Below are positions 49,246 to 63,554 of a DNA stretch of 64,000 bases, piece after piece. Positions within the stretch are counted from its first letter, which is position 1. Each line of letters starts with the position of its first letter. Source of the stretch: Phallusia mammillata (Eukaryota); contig OZ281497.1 of NCBI GenBank assembly GCA_965637545.1, positions 13,392,001 to 13,456,000 of the forward strand, in the 5' to 3' direction. The notes below the pieces were generated by a model that worked only from the letters and a program-made list of their open reading frames with translations, ran no database searches and had not been told where the DNA came from. The position numbers and the translations under genes are program-made.

Positions 49246-52200
49246 CATACGTTTTTTTTATTTCAGGTAAACTTTTTACCTTTCTAGTTGATGTTACACC
49301 ATTTCTGATTTTGTATGCGTTGACATTGTTGGTAAGGTACGATTCTACTTTTACTGCTATGTTTTTGGAGATTGTTTTCTACTTAAACATTCCTCTGTCC
49401 ATGTCCAGGCGTCTGGTACTAACTTAAATATCATCTCGCTATTCTACTCATTATTTGTGGGGAATGTAACACTTTTCTTTGCAAGTCTTATAGGTTGTTA
49501 GTCATCAACAAGTAAATTTACTTTTTACAAAGTACCACTAAGTACAAGTACCGCTAGTACCGCTATGTTATTATTATGGTTTCCCGCTCTCTTGGGCGCA
49601 TTGGACAGCAAGATTGTTTCACTTTTTTCAGTCTTTTGCGATGGCCTATATCTTCTTTATGTTTAGCCCTATCATTTCCAGATCTTCACGGAAAGTCCCC
49701 CTCCAGGTAAGCTTTGGCCTTCCTCTTTTTCTTTTCCCTTGCGGTGTCCACCTCATAGCGATTTTCGGAGCTATTACATCATGCCAAAAGAATATATTAG
49801 GAAGCTGTAAAATGTTTACCAACGCGTGTCGTTGGGCTATAGGTCAAACATAAGTTGTACTGCAGTTGCGGCAAATATATTTGGTGATACTATTAAAGTG
49901 TATTTTTAAACCGCACGTTCTCACACTCGAAAACGTACGCAACAATATTGTTCGTCACTAGATGTCCTCAGAGAAGAGCTTAAGCGGTGGAAGGTGGAAG
50001 TTTGCTCCACCAGTGAATTCCAAAGAAATCGTTCGCTTAATTTCTGCATTAAAAAGGAATTCCAAGTTAAGTTAAGTTTAGTTTAGTGGACAAACTTCAG
50101 TGAAAAAGTTTAAAATTATGGTTGTAACTCAAAACTTAAGACCAGCTTAAATTGTTTTGTTAAACCTGCATAAAATAACAGAAATTAAAAAAAATGTTTA
50201 TTTATTTAAATTAGTTTTACTTGGAAAGTACATTTAACTGTTAAGTGACAAGAAATTGAAATCAAAAACACAACCGTCTACTCCATTGACTCGAAATCAC
50301 AATTTGCGTTACGAAAGTATTTTCTCCTACTACCCTGATGGCGATATATCTAGCCCAAGTCAGTCCGTGTCACTTTTTGGTAGGGTTGAGTAACTTTTTA
50401 AGCCATGACAAATACCTTAGATGTTCATTTGATTTGTTTGTTCGGATTTCTTTATTTATTTTGAATTCTAAAAAATGACAGCTCCTTATCTTCACAAAGT
50501 AATAAAATAATAAAGTTGAACAATGATTTAATTCGATAAATTGTTAAAGCGAAAATATTGCTTGCCCTCAAACCGTCGGCTTATTGGAAACACCAACAGC
50601 GGGAGCAATAAAGTATAGAAGCAGTTGTACTAACCGCCAACGCTCTCCAATTAACCGATCTGTTCGACCAGCGCATAAAATCATTAGACCGACATTTAAC
50701 TTAGGGGTCGTTGTCGCGGTGGCTTTGCTCATTTCGAAGATGGATGGTCTGGTATAAACGTTAAATGGGAAACTGTACTTTTAGAACAACCGGCAATTGT
50801 ATTTGACTCATTCGACATTCGACATTCGACGTTTTGGCGTGAAATTCGGGGCGTCTTCATACGGTAATACATCAGATGAGTCCAATACGATGGCCGGTTG
50901 AACATAAATACAGTTTAAAAATTATGCCTGACAACACCACTAAATTAAATGTATAGGTTGGTACGATATAAATATTTAGGGAATCTACAAATGTAAATTA
51001 AATGTAACAAATACAACGTTGGGTGTTGCGGACAGAGGCATATGCAAATTTTTGTGATGAGTGGTCAAAAGACGTAATATTGTCCAAGAGTAAAATAGCA
51101 GACTTTAAATGAAACATATCTAAAGGTGTAAACTTCGATGGATGTTCAGACACTTTAGGCGATTTTGGCTTCCGAAAAATAAAAATGGCGATACAACAGG
51201 CACTGTTACACATAAAAGTAAACAAAATTTGTACCTCAAATAAGTGCATTAAAAAGTGATCAAGTAGAAATATGGCGTTTGTAACGACAAAAAAGGTTAT
51301 TCATTAGATGCCTATATTTGCATAGAACAAAAAGGGTTGAATGAAGTTCTTTTTTTAGCCCACGCTAATCAGGAAATTGACCTGTAAACTTGCTTCAAAT
51401 TTATTTTGCAGGAAAAAACTTTATCGGTTTGTTTATCACTTTTTAAAATTATTGAAGTAGTTTTTAATGGAAACAGTCAAAAAATAAACGTCATCATAAG
51501 CTTTGTTAAAATTTATAGAATAAGCGGAAACTATGTCGTGATATTTGTTTAAACGTAGTTACATGAATGTAACTTTAGTTCTGCTTGTTAGACCATATAA
51601 AGTATGGGTTTGTTGTTATTTTGGTTTTACTTTTAAACGATCACTTAAATCGCAACAAAATAAGTCACAATATAAAAAAACGTTCATGTCAACTGTTTTT
51701 ATATCATGTTGGTAAACACGTTTTTTTTAAATCATGTTTATCAGTTTCGTTTTTACGTTAACACAAATAAACATGAGTGCAACGTAACAATAAATTACTC
51801 ATGGTACTTAATAAAAACATTTTAATCTCAATGTAGAAAATCTTTTCAGAAAACAGTAGAAAAATTAGGTAGAATAATTTTGGGTGTCAAACTTTTCTTT
51901 ACAATTTATGAGGAAGTTTTGTTTTCACTGAAGCATTAACTCAAAGAAATATCGATATAGCCTACTTTTAAAATGGCATCTTTCGAAATTTTGAACAGTT
52001 TAAACATATGGTATAGATGCGATCGAAATGCTTTTACCAGTAATGAAATCTTAATACGTTTTTGCGCCATACAAATATGAGGTCAGTTTGTTCTCTTATC
52101 AGCTCACGGAGATTTGTCACCTGTCAAAGGAATTACGACAAGCGTTGTTTCTGACACTAGTGAAGTTGTTAATTTTTAAACGACACTGCCATAGAATGTT

Positions 52201-55200
52201 ATGCAGCTTTCATGCTGGAGTGCAATATATATTAAATATATTTGAAAGTGTTTTATAGTTTATTCTACTATTATCCAGTAATGAGATTCTAATAATTAAG
52301 CAACAAGTTATCTTACTACCAGCATCTCATACTCGGTATAAATCAAAATTTGATGTGTGGTATGACACAGGCAAGAGGAATTTAAGTGAAGATTCTGATT
52401 ATATTTTGTAATAAAAAAGCCTAAAAATAATCAAAGTAACACATAGACATATACATAGGCTTTTTAACAACCGACATTAATGAATTTACAAGAACAGTTT
52501 AATTTTTAATCAGCAGGCGGTGCAAACTGACTAAAACAAACCATTTGCGCCTATCCTATGAAATACTGATTTCATTTTATTGCAACCTAAAATCATAGAG
52601 TAATTATTAAGAATCTAAAAACATGTTTTTTTAACAGCCAGGTGTAATTAATTGGGAAGCAAGACATTAAATGTAAAGTTTTACTTTCAGAGTAAAAAAA
52701 TAAAACTCAACGTTGGTTTATTAAATATTCTAAGTCTGATTTCAAAGCCATTTACCAGCAGACCGTAAACAGCGTTATTTCAACAGGATTTAATTACTGT
52801 TTCACAACCACTTTGTTTCACCGCCAGAATCCAAACCTTCATAATATATCATCCAAACTGAATTATGCCGACACTTTTATCATAATTTTGAACATTTACC
52901 TTCATTACTGGATCATTTCAGACTCGGAGATGCTGGGAAGATGTGATCAAACCTCCACAGCACCACTGGATAGTGCATTACGTCAAAACAGGCACGCCAC
53001 CTTGGTTTGTGGTTTTCTGTTTTGCAAAAAGTTGATAAATTTGCGAAAAAAATTCACAGTTGTAAGGAAATTTATTAGTTACCTGTTTTCTCTGAACGAA
53101 ATTATTTGCTGACTTCGGAAATTTGCAAGAGAAAAATAGCCTTTCAAGCCAGAAACTATAAAACACGCACTTCTTATTTATTCCACACTGTATTAGACCC
53201 AGTCATCAAAATGGAGACGCTAAGCTTCGCCATTTTAAAGAAACCTACAAGTTCTTAATTTTTCAATAATCTTCGATTTTCTATCTCAGTAAACTGGTGA
53301 CATTTTTTTAAGTATGACGTTTGTACCGTTTGTACTTGTTTTTAGATGATTAACTTGAATCTACATCTGTTCAAACTATTTTTCCTGTTTTGTCATTTGA
53401 GTTCCAAACGATTGTTGTAAACATTGCCAACTGTAAAGATTCGTGACCTTGACACTGTGTCTGAGTTTTCAGACATTGAAAAATCGGTTTTAGCTGGAAA
53501 CGAACGACAGAGTCTTATCTTTGCGCATATCTTTACTTCGAGTCTCAAAAACAACACAAATCAGCAGGCAAAGCGTGACAATTGATTGACAGCGATATAT
53601 TGAGACTTGTTTATGGGTTGTGGAATTTCTGCTTTGTTGCTCAAGACGGAAAGGTAAGATGGGACGAGTAGTGACCCCAGAACTATCTCGTTCTCGACAT
53701 CAGTTAAAAAACCTGTCTAAATGAGCCGATAGTTTCAATTACAGGATCTAAGATGGAGTTGCTACGCACGTACTAGACAATGACAAACAATATAGTCCAT
53801 GTTAGGAAACTGCCAACGTCGATTTTCGCCGTAGCGGGGTAGTGCACAACAACTTGTTTTGAAATTAAATGAAATACGAAAACGAGTAGACATAAACGGT
53901 ATAACTTAAAACAAAATGTTGTGCAAAACTGATGCAATATGAACTAGTAATGCCTTCATTACTTCAACAGTAAAGAAGTCGATTTAACTCATGTTTTGCG
54001 AAAGGTTAGGCAGTTCTGCAAATTTGTTTTTACAGAAGAACGATGTTAGGTGGTCCCAATAGTTCCAGAGATATTACCAAATTTTTCGAGGTTGGATAAT
54101 TGTTGGATGGTCGTCACCCCCTGAAGCATGAAATTGCTTTAATAACAGTTTTATTGTAGTTCTTTGAAGAAAATTTAGATTTTTGGTGTCCAGTAGCAAA
54201 TCTATCAACGTGTTTATTTTAACAATAGATTTCTACACGACCCCCAAGGAAGTTCAAAAGTTATAGATAAGATCATGGACTATGCTATCTTATCTGATCC
54301 AACCTCAATTGATGTCCACAATGAACAAGCAGTATATGGTATGCTATGTAGCCTTTTTTATTGTTTTTGAAAATATTATGGTCCTCTTTTTAATGCTGTG
54401 GAATAAAAACGAAGTCAAAAACAATATTTGCCTTGGTTAACTTCTATGCGTTAGGCAAACAACGACAATATCACTGTTTAAGTGAATATATGTGGATTTA
54501 AACGCAACACCGATATGTTTAGGAAATATTGGAACCGCCATTTTGTTTACTGAATTATATTTGCCAAATTTTAGAAATAACATTTGTTAGCTGAAAGACG
54601 AAAAGCGTTACAAATACCGACCCTTACAAATAAAATACGTCATGGAACTTTTTTAAATACAATTCTATTTGGGGAAAATTCTGATACTGATACGTCATGG
54701 CGAATTGAATAGTTGCATAATGAAAACAAAAACCTCGGACCGCGATTTCAAGATATTTCGAGTGGCAAATTTTCGCCTAAAATGCATACCTGAAGGCGGG
54801 GATTACACGAAATTTTGTTGTATCGCAGCAAGCCAAGGGAACGAAGTGAGGGGAGTAAATACACAGCGCAATATAGATGAGGACCTGGGCCCAACAACGA
54901 GCAGCCATCTTGCAACAACATGTTGACACAGGCTTTCTTGAGCGAATCGACCGAAAATTAAACCGGCAAATGTTCGATGTGCAACGATGCGATGGCGTGA
55001 ATCGTCACAGCTTGAAGCTTTACAACATATCGTTCAATCACGTTGTTGTGATTGCTGCAAGTCTCCCAGTTGCTTTAGCAAAAACGTCACCGGTCGGTGT
55101 GTCACGTGGAGGTAGCGGGTAGATTTTGCTGTTGCGATCTGCTACGAGTGGTGGCTGGTTCGACCGGCAAAGTAAACAAGAATCGCTGGGACTACTTCAG

Positions 55201-57629
55201 TCCGGTGTGAAGCAGAACTGAACATATTTGCAGAGTGATTTTGTGATTACGTTAAATCATCTGTAAAGGATCAATGATGCCAGCTGTTCGCTTCCCTTCC
55301 CTGCCACCTTAACGCGTAACGTCGTTTCGATATATTTTGCACGGGCAAATTCCCACGATTAACACGCGCAAGTTGCAATATTATGGTGGTCTGATTGATG
55401 TGATTTGACATTTTAGGAGCGTCTCCCAAGAAGACACTTTAGCCGATGCAGACCTTCTCCGGCACTTCAGCCGTAGCAATCTGGCTTGACACACGAAGCC
55501 AAAACATTGATCTAAGAACGATAAGGGCCCTGAGATGATTGAAATGAAACAAGGCCGCTCGTTACTGACCACGTGGGTCGACACGGGACACCAAAACTAT
55601 GTTAGAAGTAGCCGCAAAAGATGACACCCGGGGGTCCAGTTGTGTCTTGCCCTTTGAAATGAAGTGGTCAGCTGCTTCATGCAGCATTGGCAGTGGAATG
55701 GCGGTAATATAGAGCAATTGCCCCACCGACCAAATCTGATTGAAGGTCGGTAATGGCGTTGTTCAGACATAGGATTTTTCTTTTACTGAATGGAAGTTAT
55801 GTGTGTACGACCATTTTCAAAATAATCAACATCTTTTAAAGTTGTTATTCTGTTGTATGCAAAATATATATTTTTGAATTATCAAATGAGGAACATTGGT
55901 CTTTGTCAGTGATTCACAGAGGTGTGAACATTGAAGTCAGGCAACTTATCTTTTCGTTGAAAATTGCACGTTACGAAAATCGCCAGGTTCAAGTTAAGCC
56001 CACTTATAAGTGTTTCCACCTCAGGTTTTTTCAGGCAGCTTTCATGTGGCTTTGCTATGTGTCTGTCAAACATGTACATGTGTTTTAATGGAAGAATCCT
56101 GATAACCCCGCTTTAGTTTTTTGTACACAATATTTTTTTCCTTATTTTTAGTATACTTTAAGCTTTCGCAACAAACAGCTTGACAATTCTTTTTCGACTT
56201 GTTTTCGCATATTCGCTTTAATCAGAAAATCTTGTTACTTTCAGGGTAATTTAGATAAAACGTTTTTATTGTTCAGTGAATTTGGAAAAGTGTTCCAAAA
56301 TGCTTTTTGTTTTGTATGTCGTTATTTTGTCGCTTTCGTATACATTTTAGTTTCTCGAGAATTACTTTTACTTTGAAGTCTTTGGTTACAAATTTGCCAC
56401 TTCAATACATTACAATAAACAAAACTGTTTTGCTGTTGTAAATCTTGTTTCAGCAAATCAAAATGAAGCAAACTTGTGTTTTGCACGATGTAATATATAG
56501 TTAACAGACGTGTTGTTTACCTACTTAAATTGTCATTAAAGTGCCATCAAATTACAATTTAAGTAACTAACTACAATTTAAGTAACAGATTTTACCTCAA
56601 ATCATTTTTTTTCACTACCTCAACCTGAATTACGTTGTGCTTATCTGAAACACAATAAGGAAAGCGAAATTGCACCCATGGATTAGAAACTTGAAAAATT
56701 TATTATAACTGACGGGTACAACACCAAAACGGTACTACATTTTTTAAAGGCAAGCACTAGAAGCATTGCGCTAATTGGATATGACTACATAAAAGGCACA
56801 CCACCGATGCCGTGTGTTGCAAAAAGACAACAACCAGTCAAAAAATAATAAGGAAGTAGAAAGTGATCGAAAACGTCTTGAAAAATTCGTTCACATAGTG
56901 TTGGGCTAAGTATAAAATTGTAACCACGATTATTTGAACAGAAATATGGCGCAATGGACGCTGTATCATTGAAACTTTGTGACCATTTTTTGGTCAAGAA
57001 GTAGTGAGGTAGAAGTTGAAATAAAAGAAACTTTACGCAATTAGCAAATGTCTTTCGGTCGTATCGGTAATTAATCCACGGTGTTGTACAAAGTAACAAA
57101 ACATCGTACAGATTTCAAAAGGTTTCCTAGAATAGTTGTAAACAGTAATGCAATCACTATTAAATCACATTTTCGTTTGTCAGTGATTTTAGCGTGAATG
57201 AAAATATCGTTTAGGTGGTATGTAAGTTAAACAACACGAATGGGTCATTACACCTTTTTGTACATCTGGAACGTGCCGGTGTGCTCAATAGGAACACCAC
57301 ATTAAGATATTATTACTTAAGCTTGACACAACAATATCACAAAAACTTCAAAAGAACGGCAAAGTAAAAAAACAAAATGGCCGCTTTTTAAACATTTACT
57401 CGTCTCTCGGACGGTGCGTCACCACAGGGTGAGTTTGCTTTTAGTACGTTTACTATTGAGACCTAACATGTATTTGCTTTTGCGTCTTATTTTGACAGCA
57501 AAACAAAACACTGAGCAAAATAACATTTTTATCGACAGTAAGACCCGGTGTGTTCGGAGTTGGGGAGGATTCGGTTAAAATTAGTCTTATTCGAAGGTTT
57601 GCAGGTGCATTGTATTCGGTACGAAATTA

Positions 57630-60600
57630 CTAAATAGTGGGAATATAGCGCTCAAATCCACCGTAACCCGCAGCCGACGATCTCATGTACGGGTTGTTAG
57701 ATAAACCGTTAATTTGAGTTGGTGATTGCAGGCTTCCAAACTCGCCTGCAAAACCGGCAGCAGATGCTCCCTCACCGTGGTAATGGTGAACAGGGCTCGA
57801 GAAGGTGCCGGGGTAGGACGCTTTCATTGGCAGAGATCCGAGCCGCTGATTCCCACCGCCGATGTAGGAAGTACTTGATGTAGCACAGGCCGAATATGCC
57901 GGCACGTTCATCGCGAGAGAGCCTGGCGAAGTACCGTGAAAGGAGTAAGGCGAGACCGCGTTCGGTGACGCACCGGCTGCGCTGCTTGGCATTCCCCTTA
58001 GGGATGAACCACCCATTCCTGATGTGTACCCAGTCGATGGACTCAGGTTGCTGTGGATTGCTGGAGTTGCTTCGTGACTCTGTGGATTGCTCGTCACAGC
58101 CGAATCCCGTTCAGGGTGAATCATTGCCGGATTAGGCACAGGCGGATTAAGGCCGTCGCTTCTGTTCGATTCCAAATACAGCGAGCTCGACATCTCGCCC
58201 GCCGCCACCTCGCCAGGTCTGCTTGGGTGGCCGATAATGTTCTCGATGCTAAACATTCGGGGGTTGGCCGTTGTGGGTGACGCCATTGGTGGTGGGTAGT
58301 GCGTAAGCATTTGATGGGGCATGGTACCACCTACAGAATGCATTATAGGCGACAAATAGTTGCTAGTCATCATACCATGTTGTGGGTAGTATGTGTTGGC
58401 TGATGGATGAGGGGGACCATATGCTTTCATGGCATTAGTTGGGGTAAATGCACTTTGATCTTGCATGTAAGTGTTCAGCAGGGCTTTCTCTGATTCAGAA
58501 CGCTTAAATCGCTTTCGACGACGAAGGAACGAACCGTTGTCAAACATGTCTTCAGCAGCTGGGTCCAATGTCCAGTAATTGCCCTTTCCAGGCTTCCCCG
58601 GTTCGCGAGGCAACTTAATGAAGCAATCGTTTAGGGTCAGGTTATGGCGAATCGAGTTTTGCCATTTCTTGTTTTGTTCGCGATAGAATGGGAAGCGCTC
58701 CATAATGAACTTGTAAATATGTCCTAAGGTAAGCTTGCGCTCAGGTGAGCTGGCAATTGCCATAGAAATCAAGGCAATATAGCTGTAAGGTGGCTTGCCA
58801 CGCTGAATGGGTCGCTTTCGGCGTCTACCGGAACTGGTAGTTGTAACAACATCGGCTTCATTCGGCTTAGCGTCATTGGTCGTAGAATCGCAACATTGGT
58901 TTTTCTCCCTATTCTGTTTGTCCTCTTCGTCGCCAGTTTCTGTAAGCAAACCGTCATGTTCGCTCATGCTGCAGTCACTTTCTTTTGGGACACCAACATC
59001 AAGTTCACGATTATCCTCGCCAATATCGCAAATCGATTCCTGGTTGAGCGATTCTGCTGAATGGTGACTGTTGCAAACTCGTTCCTGACCCCCACCAACA
59101 AGTGGAGATTCGCTATAAGTGTGATAATTTGCCTGCTCTGCTGTAGGTTGTGGCATGGAACCTTCTTGTTGGTACGCAGAAACACATGACGGAGACGGCA
59201 AACTTTCATTGCAACTCGTGCCGCTAATTTGACATGAGTCGGCATGTTGCGGTTGGTGGGCTGAAGGTGGTGGCGCCAGGTTGCGTGCTGCGAAGGGTGA
59301 TGCCAAGTGAGTCTGCATCTGCACATAATGCCGATCGATCATGTTTGAGCCGGAATGGGTGAAATGATGCTGCCCGGCAAAATTGTGACCATGGTAGTGT
59401 GGGTATGAAGAGAGCGAACCAACAACTGAAGAAGAATGCTGGGTGCTGGTTTGGTGGTGACTTGGAACTGCATGTATGTGTGGATTTGGGTGATGAACTC
59501 CTTGCACCTATTTCGAAAAAAATACATTTTTAGGTTTAAAACAACTTACATTTTTTAGGTTTAAAATAACTTAAATTGGCAAAACACCGTTTGCTTTGAT
59601 TATTTTAGTCACATCGTTTCGTTTGCTTTGTGATTTTAACCCATGTTAGTTGCAAAACTGTCGCTGTTTTGCATGCAGTTTTATTAAACGTTGTATTGGA
59701 TATTTGTGGTGATTAAATTTGGTTCTTCGCAAAGCAACGAGAAACAGAATTATAATATTATTTACTATTAGATTCAAAATTTATTTACATTTAAAAATAT
59801 TATATTGTAATAGAATTGCGAAAACTATATTGAGTATCCTGGAAATACTTTTGTAAATATCAATGACAAATTTCAGTATTATTTGATAATATTTTGTGAT
59901 GCAAATTTTTAAAAGCGACGTCTAAAAGCTGTGGTGTTTGTGACACATGTTTCCTGGTGTCGATTGCAACTAAACTTGTAAGTGAATTAGCTAAAAAGAC
60001 TCCTTTAAAGGTTTAGGCAAGCGTGAAGGATTTTTGTCGGGAACAAACGCAAATGTCACAAACCATTTTCTGCACTAAGCTTGTTCACCTCTAACACCGT
60101 TTTCTTGTTAAGTCATATAAGTTTAAAACAAGCATGCAAACATTTTGTAAAGTTTGCAAAAAATTGATTTAGTCATTCAGTTTAAAATCAAATGATACAA
60201 GCGGTTACAAATGTGTCAAATAATTTTATCCCATTAATGCAACCGCTTATTTCTTTGAGGCATTTGAAATGCTCTGGTGCATTGTAAGACCCTGAAAAAA
60301 CAAGGCCGCTTATCTGGGCTTCGGTTTCAACCACAAAGCCGGCTCCTAGGTAGAGAGACAACAACAATGGAGACGCAACGACACTTCATTCGTGTAAACA
60401 GGCCTTTGTAAATAAAACAACGAAACTAATGCGACTGTTCCAAAAACAAAAAAATCAGGCATTGGTTGAAATGGTAAATTGTAGATGAGAAAACTGTTAA
60501 GTGACATATTATGTTTTCTAGGGATGATAACTTAATTTCAGATATTTTTATCTACATTCTGGTGTTTAGTCAAGCTACAGTTTTTTAATGTCAAGTCTGC

Positions 60601-60714
60601 AAAATATGCATAATTGCATCAACAAAGTTTTTAGAATTATAATAAAATATTGCCGTTATTCATTTGTCCGTGCATGTACTAAATAAATCTTACCTCGGGA
60701 TAATAGGTCAACAT
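57630..60714 (-). CDS. FoxE: Forkhead transcription factor FoxE, about 632 aa (micro-exon 60694-60714 plus exon 57630-59507)
   Basis: Forkhead [24 protein letters not shown]...[15 protein letters not shown]...[30 protein letters not shown] is FoxE-type; eh1 motif FSIENII. An acceptor AATAG precedes 59507; ATG TTG ACC TAT TAT CCC GAG|GTAAGA supplies a phase-0 first exon. The first exon is less certain than the family call. Confidence 0.9.
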
Positions 60715-61005
60715 TTTCTTTTCTTCACGATTTCAATTTAGAAATGTAATATAAATATTTAATGTAACATGAACACCATCAACCGTCTCAATAAACAGGT
60801 TTTATTTAATTTAAACTGTAAATATTTATTACCATAATAGATTTTCTGAAGAAGACAGCAGTGATTGCTATACTAGAATAAAATTTGAGGATGCTCTTAA
60901 TCTTAATAGTTAGATGTTTACAAAATGTTTTTCTACGTTAAAGTAATAATTCAGTAAACTGTATTGCGTTCAGATAATTTTATAAAGGAACCCCGGCAGT
61001 ATTAC

Positions 61006-61044
<39 letters not shown>
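61006..61044. repeat. (TAT)n microsatellite
   Basis: About 13 perfect TAT units. Confidence 0.95.
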
Positions 61045-61045
<1 letters not shown>

Positions 61046-61762
61046 AGCTTAGAACTGATCGTGAACCCCCCAAAATATATGTATGGCCTAATCTGTTTCA
61101 TTAGGCATAGATAAGACTACATTTAACAACGGCATTACGGTGAAAAACTTTATCTGATATCGTGTTACAAATGAAATAACTTATACATTTCTCAACCTGT
61201 AGTGACTTTACTGCGGACAAATCGAATCTCGGTTGTAATACAAAATAGTTTTATTTTTTACCCTCGCTGCTCAAACTTCACCTGTCCAATGACCGCCGCC
61301 ATTTTTGTTGTCTTTGGCAATATCTTACAGCACTTGCAGTTAAATATTACTGACCAAGAATTAATTTGTGCATGATTGAGACGCCTTTACACCTGTCTGT
61401 TATCATTTACATTTATTCTTATCTTTTATATTTTCGGGTTGCTTGACAAACATCAACCTGAGCAAACTTTCGCTTGCGATCACGTGATGGTTTGAAACGT
61501 CGTCAACTGCGCAAAACTTTCAAATCGCAAACCTTACTCGCATGCAAATCAGTTGTGTTGAAAGACAAGTGTTGTAATTACAACAGGCTTGCAAACAGTA
61601 CGACTTGCTCCGAACAGACGCAGTCCTACTGTCGACGCGGGAAAGTCTACCTGCTTTGACGGCGGACCCCTAACTACAGCATCTTGAGACGGAGATCTCA
61701 AACAGGTACCGTCTCGCCTGGTTGCCAATCACTCGTTTTCGCCCTTTTTCCCCCTCTGTGCT

Positions 61763-63554
61763 TTAGCCGGACTGATTTACCCACACACCGCGCCCACTGT
61801 ACTGTTGGGTCGAAGTAAAAAATCGCCCCGAAAAAGTCGTGCCTTTGGCATCAATAATATGTTTGTTGAAGGTCATCATGAAGTCATGCATGCCTGGTCG
61901 TTTTTGTGCCAGAAGGTACACTGCGACGCCATTTTCTTTTGACAGCGCGATGTTTCTCCATGGAGAAATGCATTTGTCTTTGCACTATTTTAATGCTCGT
62001 TAAATTGCATTTTGAATTCGGACTATTTTTTAACAGAAACATTTCACAAAACTCACCGCGTTTTTGTTTGTTTCGTTTGACTGATTCCCACGTTGCACGA
62101 TCATAGCAAATTTCTCTTCTGAAATGTCCTCGTGACTGGGACTTGACCGAGAATCGTTTTGTCTCAGTGTCAGGGGCGGTAGACGTATACCTGGCAATGG
62201 AGTCGGAAATCCAGGCTCGTTAGTTGATTCCTTGACTTCGTCGTTTTTTTCGTTTTTGGCTTTGAACTCGTTGTCAGCTGTGTCAGATTTCGTAAATCTC
62301 TCGTGACCAAACAAAGGATAAAGACTGGCTTCGCTGCTAAACGAAATTCCACTTTCACTAGAAGGGTTCACCCTTGCAGCATCAAATTGGTGACTATGTA
62401 CGGGATAAACAGTAGGCCCAGACGCATGTAAAAACTGTTGGAAATTGCTTGTTTCGTGATTTGGGTATTGACTGAGATTTGCTTGGTAAGAACCAGCAGA
62501 GAGTAGAGTTTGTCTTTTCACGTCGTCCAAAGCAAATGGAGCAAACATTGATCCGGTTTCTGTTGAAAGGGAATGAGTAGCAAGGGCCGAAGTTTGATCG
62601 TGTACTTTAGGGGCCAATAGGGGAACAAGTTCAGGCGGAGCGTGGTCTTTTGATACATAATCATACACCGAGCGTTCATCTAAAACAAAAAGAGTCATTG
62701 AAATACCTCACAACGTGTTTAAAATGGAACAAATGATTCTGAAATGTCATGTTATGGCACTTTTTTGTTTAATGTCGTGGCAAAACGCAAACTCTAACAC
62801 GAGAATTAACTGTTTTAAATTAGGTAAATTCGTCAAATCCATAGGCAAGAAGGCAACCCACAAAACCTACCACTTAAATTCTTTCGGTGAAAATCGCCGA
62901 AGCTTCTTGCTTGTACGGGACTTAATACATTAAAGTCATTGTAGCAGACCCCTTCCGACTCCTGGTTGTTTTTAACACCAACAAGTTCAGTCATTTGCTG
63001 ATTATGGGATTTGAACCCGGCTTCAACTGATGGACTTTGGCGTTCAACATCCACAGGACGAACAAGCGGACTTGGTGTGGACGCCGATTGGCCTTCAACA
63101 CATTCACTTATCATGGACCGAACACTTACTGTAGCCATACTCAATCTGAACAGAGATATCTATAAAAACGAAAACATATATAACCCTTGGCCACAGAGAA
63201 AATGAACCATACACGTCCGACATTTGGTATACTGATTTACAGGTTTAGTACTTTTTTTACAACATTTAACAACAATTAAAAATAAGTATTTTTTTTAATT
63301 TAACAACAATTAAAAAATAAAACACAACACTACACTGATCATCGTAACTTAGTGAAAATGAAACCTAACTTCATTTTTTTATTACTATAGTAACTGTACA
63401 AAAATATCAACCATCTCGTAACTCAAAATAATATCTTAACGATATTTTAAACGTTCTCTTGACCCAAAAATCCAACAATGTAGCGCGGATAAACCTTTAG
63501 AAGTTCGCCTGCTTGTTCGTTTGTCGTCGAGCCCAAATAATCTGTCGTCGCCAT
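61763..63554 (-). CDS. Unidentified spliced gene, mostly low-complexity/disordered (exons 63495-63554, 62871-63159, 62057-62679, tentative 61763-61984)
   Basis: Open exons joined by phase-compatible GT-AG junctions (AAG|GTTTAT, TTTTATAG|, G|GTAGGT, TTTTAG|AT, GCG|GTGAGT); no recognisable domain; start and last exon are uncertain. Confidence 0.55.

Larger units (their letters stand above)
18490..50555 (+). repeat. Segmental duplication unit 2 (orphan A exon + TRPA-C + TE nest + DUF1294-like)
   Basis: Same order as unit 1; similarity resumes near 48180 after the TE nest and ends near 50553. Confidence 0.85.

Noticed and set aside
50998-51260. Possible decayed coding fragment
   Set aside because: Multiple stops and no family I can recognise.
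54265-54295. Small hairpin AGATAAGAT...ATCTTATCT
   Set aside because: A 9-bp stem in AT-rich DNA is expected by chance; no further context.
56785-57099. 104-aa minus-strand ORF downstream of FoxE
   Set aside because: No recognisable motif or splice support; probably a chance ORF in 3' flanking DNA.
59505-59507. GTG as the FoxE start codon
   Set aside because: It is immediately preceded by a splice acceptor (TTTTTCGAAATAG); it is an exon boundary.
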